A stretch of DNA of 64,000 bases from assembly GCF_009914755.1 (NCBI RefSeq), contig NC_060929.1. One strand, given 5' to 3'. Positions 58,777 to 64,000 of this stretch are shown in pieces. The notes beneath the pieces are model-generated. The model made no database searches, was not told the origin of the DNA, and worked only from the letters and a program-made list of their open reading frames with translations. Source of the DNA: the human T2T-CHM13v2.0 reference genome, Homo sapiens. Position 1 is the stretch's first letter. The number at the start of each line of letters is the position of its first letter. Made by a program: the position numbers and the translations under genes.

Positions 58777-59820
58777 AAAACAGGCCAGACTCTACTGAAG
58801 GATCTTCATCTTCTCTAACTAGCCATAGTACCCACCTTTTCTCATATGTACCTACCACCACCACCACTACCACCAGACCACCAATAGGATCAGAGAAACC
58901 CTTTTAATAATATCCACTGCCCTCTGCAGAAGGAAGGAGAAGATGGCTGACCACACCACAGAGAAGGGTAAAATATCCTTATACAAACTAAGGAATAATG
59001 AACACAGTTTATCGCCCCCATCACTAGAGTTAAGAAAAAGAGACTCATTGGTAGTAGAAACTGCTGTGGAGTGGGTTGCGGAAGAGGTGAGAGCCATGAT
59101 GGGCAGGAAAGACCTCCAAATACTTGAGATTCAGAGGTTGGCAGTAGCAGGGAACTTCACCGAAGTATCTTCCAAGGTTCAGTGATTGCTGTGGTAAATA
59201 ATTTTCTTCAGAAGAATATATACATAGAGGTGAAACATTTGACTGATGATAAAGGAGAATGTGTCCTATCCATGCCTTATGAGGGGACAGGAGCAAAGAC
59301 ATGTCTAGCAGTTCAGTAGAGCAGAAGAGGCCGGGTCCACCATTCCTAGATGAACCAAGGCTCACGAGACTCATAGCCCTTTTAATTTTATTATCTGACC
59401 TGTCTTTCTTCCAAAAGGCACAGTACAAGGCAGAGACAGTGTTCTATCCCCAAGGAAGTGCTGATGGGCAGGCCACTTACAGCCCTGCACTTTCTCTAGA
59501 TATCAGTGAGATTTTGGTCTCCATGTTGTGATTCTCATGCCTGGGAGGAGACTGCTGAGGAGCTTTAATTATTCAAAACCCCACGAGGAGTGGAATTTGC
59601 TTTTTCTGGGAAAAAGTGTCCACGGTATATACTAAAAACCAGGATTAAAGGCTATTTTCCCTAAGGTGTCAAGTGTAACTGGGAAAGAAAGGAAATACAG
59701 TTTCTCCTTCTGTCACAAACGATTTCTGGAATCTTTTAGTATAATGTGCTTCCTGGAAGACTCTCATATTCATTAATTAAACTCCACAGTTCTCAAACCT
59801 TATTCTTTCTTTTGGTGCAG

Positions 59821-59935
59821 CTTCCAATGTCTTGTTCTAAGTGACCGGTACAGAGAAGTTAAACATAGACAAGCTACCAAGAGGTTGCAAAGACAGGCTC
59901 ATACTGCAAGAAATAAAGGTGTGCATTTTACTGAT
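59821..59935 (+). other. Candidate terminal non-coding exon of the FAM170-like gene
   Basis: Polypyrimidine acceptor 'tattctttcttttggtgcAG' ending at 59820; AATAAA at 59912-59917. Confidence 0.35.
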
Positions 59936-61908
59936 GGACAAATTAAATGCTTATCTTCTATACTCCAAAAGTCACAGATAGAGTGGCACTGAAAAATTGA
60001 CCTAAATTTTCTGTATAAAGGTGTAGTTCTTAGTAGAAATTCTGTATCATTTTATGTGAGTGATTTCTTCAATGTCAGTTCAGTTTTCAAGGTCTTCAGT
60101 ATGTTTTTTGAATCCATCCTGTACATGTGTTGCTTTAGAGTTAGGGAGTTGGCACAAGATGGACACTCAAAATCTTCATTCATTTTCAGTTGTTAATACT
60201 GCTCATTTGAAGCTTCATTATATGAAAGTATTGGGTGTTGAAAGTCTTATTCAACAAAATACTATGTACATTAACTTTATCCTGCACCAATTGTTTCTTT
60301 AGGGACTTATATACTGCAAAGTGATCTATATCACTAAGAACCACAGTGCATTTCATTAAATGAACAAGAAAGTAAAACATTTTTACCAGCTACCAATCTC
60401 ATTTGGGGTATTTACTATTTACTCTTGTTTTCTATACAATGACTAATAATTCTGATATGAGTATGGATTTTACTAACCTTGATTTTCCCATTTGCCTGTA
60501 AAAGTGCATGTATGTTCTGTTCCAAGATTGAGAATTCTTTCTATGTTTGTACTCATTTTCTTCCTCTATTCCAGTATAAGTAATATTAAGCACAGAATTA
60601 AAATGTTTTTATTAAAAAGTTTACTACTTTCTAAAGTGGCTACCAAAGATTGACTTAAGCATGGACAATCACTTGTTAAATAAGATAAGGACAGCTCTAC
60701 CATTATTTTCTTATGTGGTGAGAATTGAGCCTACACATATTAATATGAAATGTTCCTATATTACCATGTTGTATCTTTAGCTTTTAAATTAGTACTATGT
60801 TTGCATTGTATAACTTGTTTTTACTCATGGCATATACATTTTTAAAATATGTTTTATTATAGATACAATGAGTTAGAACTAATTTGCTATGTTGTGTTTC
60901 TATTTTTTTAAATTTATATAACTTATCATCATAGCATGTAATAGTAATAAATAAAATCAATCTTTATTTCCTCAAATAAGTATATTCTGCACACTTAAAA
61001 CTTTTTGAAGTTGCAGCATACATTACAATTAATAAGCATCAATCTAAAATACTAGTATTTTCTTGTTTCTCAGAAAGCATACTCATATCAATAGAGTATT
61101 GTACTACTACTGAGAATTGGACTTCAGGATATAGGATATAAGGCACACAAAAATAATTCCATTTTGGCATGACCATGTTTATTCTTGTTTGCTTTGTGTA
61201 CTTTAGAAATAGAAACAAGTAACAGGTTAAAGTTGTGTCACTATTGAAGTGATATATAGATAGATATATATATATCTATATACAGATATATATATATATA
61301 GAAGATATAGATAGATGAATAGATAAAAAAAAGAAGGATCAATATATTATAACCCTAACGTCTAAATTTCTTTAGAGACTCATGCAGTTATTCTTAGAGG
61401 TGGGTGTTGCCATCTGTAGGTAAAGAAGCTTATTCTTTAGAGGCAAATTTCTTTGAGACTGATAACATGTATAGGAATTCCAAAGTGTTGGGAACCATAG
61501 CAGAAACTTATTTTTAAATCCCATTTTTAATGTTTCTAGACTTCTTGAACACTTTCTTATTTTATTATAAGTATTAATATTGCAAATATTTCTGGTCATA
61601 ATATAATGAAAATATAATTGTGAAATCAGAAAACATAAAATTCTCTTTCACCTGGAAGTAAGGTATCTCACTATTAAATTGAAAATAAAAGAATTCAATA
61701 AAACATTAGAGTATCCAAAAGGCTATAAATATAGCAGTAATAATGTACTTTCTGTACATTTTTAGATATAATTAGACCCATTTAGGGACATTTCATTTGA
61801 ATTGTTGTTTGTATAGTTTAAAGAAAAATATAGCATAAATATTTAAAAATGTCACGAATGTACTGTGTAAAAATAGGTTTATCTTTGCTGTATTAAGATC
61901 TTACATGA

Positions 61909-62818
61909 AGGGAGGAGCCAAGATGGCCGAATAGGAACAGCTCCGGTCTACAGCTCCCAGCGTGAATGACGCAGAAGACGGGTGATTTCTGCATTTCCAT
62001 CTGAGGTACCGGGTTCATCTCACTAGGGAATGCCAGACAGTGGGCGCAGGTCAGTGGGTGCATGCAGTGCGCCATGCGCGAGCCTAAGCAGGGCGAGGCA
62101 TTGTCTCACTCTCGAAGCGCAAGGGATCAGGGAGTTCCTTTCCTAGTCAAAGAAAGTGGTGACAGACGGCACCTGGAAAATCGGGTCACTCCCACCCGAA
62201 TACTGTGCTTTTCCGACGGGCTAAAAAAACGGTGCACCAGAAGATTATATCCCATGCCTGGATGAGAGGGTCCTACGCCCACGGAGTCTCGCTGATTGCT
62301 AGCACAGCAGTCTGAGATCAAACTGCAAGGCGGTAGCAAGGCTGAGGGAGGGGCACCCACCATTGCCCAGGCTTGCTTAGGTAAACAAAGCAGCCAGGAA
62401 GCTTGAACTGGGTGGAGCCCACCACAGCTCAAGGAGGCCTGCCTGTCTCTGTAGGCTCCACCTCTGGGGGCAGGGCACAGACAAACAAAAAGACAGCAGC
62501 AACCTCTGCAGACTTAAATGTCCCTGTCTGACAGCTTTGAAGAGAGCAGTGGTTCCCCCAGCACACAGCTGGAGATCTGAGAACGGGCAGACTGCCTCCT
62601 CAAGTGGGTCCTTGACCCCTGACCCCCGAGCAGCCTAACTGGGAGGCACCCCCCAGCAGGGGCAGACTGACACCTCACACGGCCAGGTACTCCAACAGAC
62701 CTGCAGCTGAGGGTCCTGTCTGTTAGAAGGAAAACTAACAAACAGAAAGGACATCCACACCAAAAACCCATCTGTACATCACCACCATCAAAGACCAAAA
62801 GTAGATAAAACCACAAAG
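61909..62818 (+). promoter_or_regulatory. L1 5' UTR with internal sense and antisense promoters
   Basis: CpG-containing L1 5' UTR; YY1 motif AAGATGGCC near 61920. Confidence 0.85.
62127..62363 (-). CDS. L1 ORF0, open, 78 aa
   Basis: MVGAPPSALLPPCSLISDCCASNQRDSVGVGPSHPG...RVGVTRFSRCRLSPLSLTRKGTP*; expression unknown. Confidence 0.7.
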   Translation of the reverse strand: MVGAPPSALLPPCSLISDCCASNQRDSVGVGPSHPGMGYNLLVHRFFSPSEKHSIRVGVTRFSRCRLSPLSLTRKGTP

Positions 62819-63825
62819 ATGGGAAAAAAACAGAGCAGAAAAACTGGAAACTCTAAAAAGCAGAGCGCCTCTCCTCCTCCAAAGGAATGCAGTTCCTCAC
62901 CAGCAATGGAATAAAGCTGGACGGAGAATGACTTCGACGAGCTGAGAGAAGAAGGCTTCAGACGATCAAATTACTCAGAGCTACGGGAGGACATTCAAAC
63001 AAAAGGCAAAGAAGTTGAAAACTTTGAAAAAAATTTAGAAGAATGTATAACTAGAATAATCAATACAGAGAAGTGCTTAAAGGAGCTGATGGAGCTGAAA
63101 ACCAAGGCTCAAGAACTATGTGAAGAAGGCAGAAGCCTCAGGAGCCGATGCGATCAACTGGAAGAAAGGGTATCCGTGATGGAAGATGAAATGAAGTGAG
63201 AAGGGAAGTTTAGAGAAAAAAGAATAAAAAGAAACAAGCAAAACCTCCAAGAAATATGGGACTATGTGAAAAGACCAAATCTACATCTGATTGGTGTAAC
63301 TGAAAGTGATGGGGAGAATGGAACCAAGTTGGAAAACACTCTGCAGGATATTATCAGGAGAACTTCCCCAATCTAGCAAGGCAGGCCAACATTCAGATTC
63401 AGGAAATACAGAGAACGCCACAAAGATATTCCTCGAGAAGAGCAACTCCAAGACACATAATTGTCAGATACACCAAAGTTGAAATGGAGGAAGAAATGTT
63501 AAGGGCAGCCAGAGAGAAAGGTCGGGTTACCCTCAAAGGGAAGCCCATCAGACTAACAGCTGATCTCTCAGCAGAAATTCTACAAGCCAGAAGAGAGTGG
63601 GGGCCAATATTCAACATTCTTAAAGAAAAGAATTTTCAACCCAGAATTTCATATCCAGCCAAACTAAGCTTCATAAGTGAAGGAGAAATAAAATACTTTA
63701 CAAACAAGCAAATGCTGAGAGATTTTGTCACCACCAGGCCTGCCCTAAAAGAGCTCCTGAAGGAAGCACTAAACATGGAAAGGGACAACCGGTACCAGCC
63801 ACTGCAAAATCATGCCAAAATGTAA
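62819..63825 (+). pseudogene. L1 ORF1, inactivated
   Basis: TAA at codon 32 (62912-62914) and further lesions near 63190 and 63355; intact C-terminal portion 63484-63825. Confidence 0.93.
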
Positions 63826-64000
63826 AGACCATTGAGACTAGGAAGAAACTGCATCAACTAATGAGCAAAATAACCAGCTAACATCATAATGACAGGATCA
63901 AATTCACACATAACAATATTAACTTTAAATGTAAATGGACTAAATGCTCCAATTAAAAGACACAGGCTGGCAAATTGGATAAAGAGTCAAGACCCATCAG

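Larger units (their letters stand above)
61909..64000 (+). mobile_element. 5' part of a full-length-type L1PA3/L1PA2 (5' UTR, disrupted ORF1, start of ORF2); runs off the window
   Basis: GGGAGGAGCCAAGATGGCCGAATAGG start with YY1 site; ORF1 ATG 62819; ORF2 ATG 63889 (MTGSNSHITILTLNVNGLNAPIKRHRLANWIK). Confidence 0.97.

Noticed and set aside
58943-59428. ORFs of 80 and 127 aa downstream of the FAM170-like exon
   Set aside because: No recognisable homology; more likely intron or UTR of the relic

Overview
AT-rich, gene-poor great-ape (probably human) genomic DNA with no intact protein-coding gene. It is dominated by interspersed repeats: Alus, L1s, MaLR/ERVL/ERV1 LTRs and hAT DNA transposons. 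The most notable content is an intron-containing, decayed FAM170A-like gene on the + strand (about 50.3-59.9 kb). It carries three diverged copies of a phase-1/phase-1 cassette exon, two exon-1-like segments, and a large exon with the FAM170 'MKIYYM...GFRCMAC' core. That exon is disabled by three stops, a GG in place of the acceptor AG, and an internal A39 run. Also present: (1) an old NUMT spanning the mitochondrial LSP/HSP promoters, tRNA-Phe and the start of 12S; (2) three 5'-inverted (twin-primed) L1 insertions within 7 kb; (3) a complex direct/inverted templated reiteration inside an ERVL integrase relic; (4) a HERVL/MLT2A 5' end with a ~520-bp alternating purine-pyrimidine tract; (5) the 5' end of an L1PA3/PA2-type element lacking the ZNF93 site, with an open ORF0. 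All family and subfamily calls come from recalled consensus or protein sequences, not from a search, and need confirmation.
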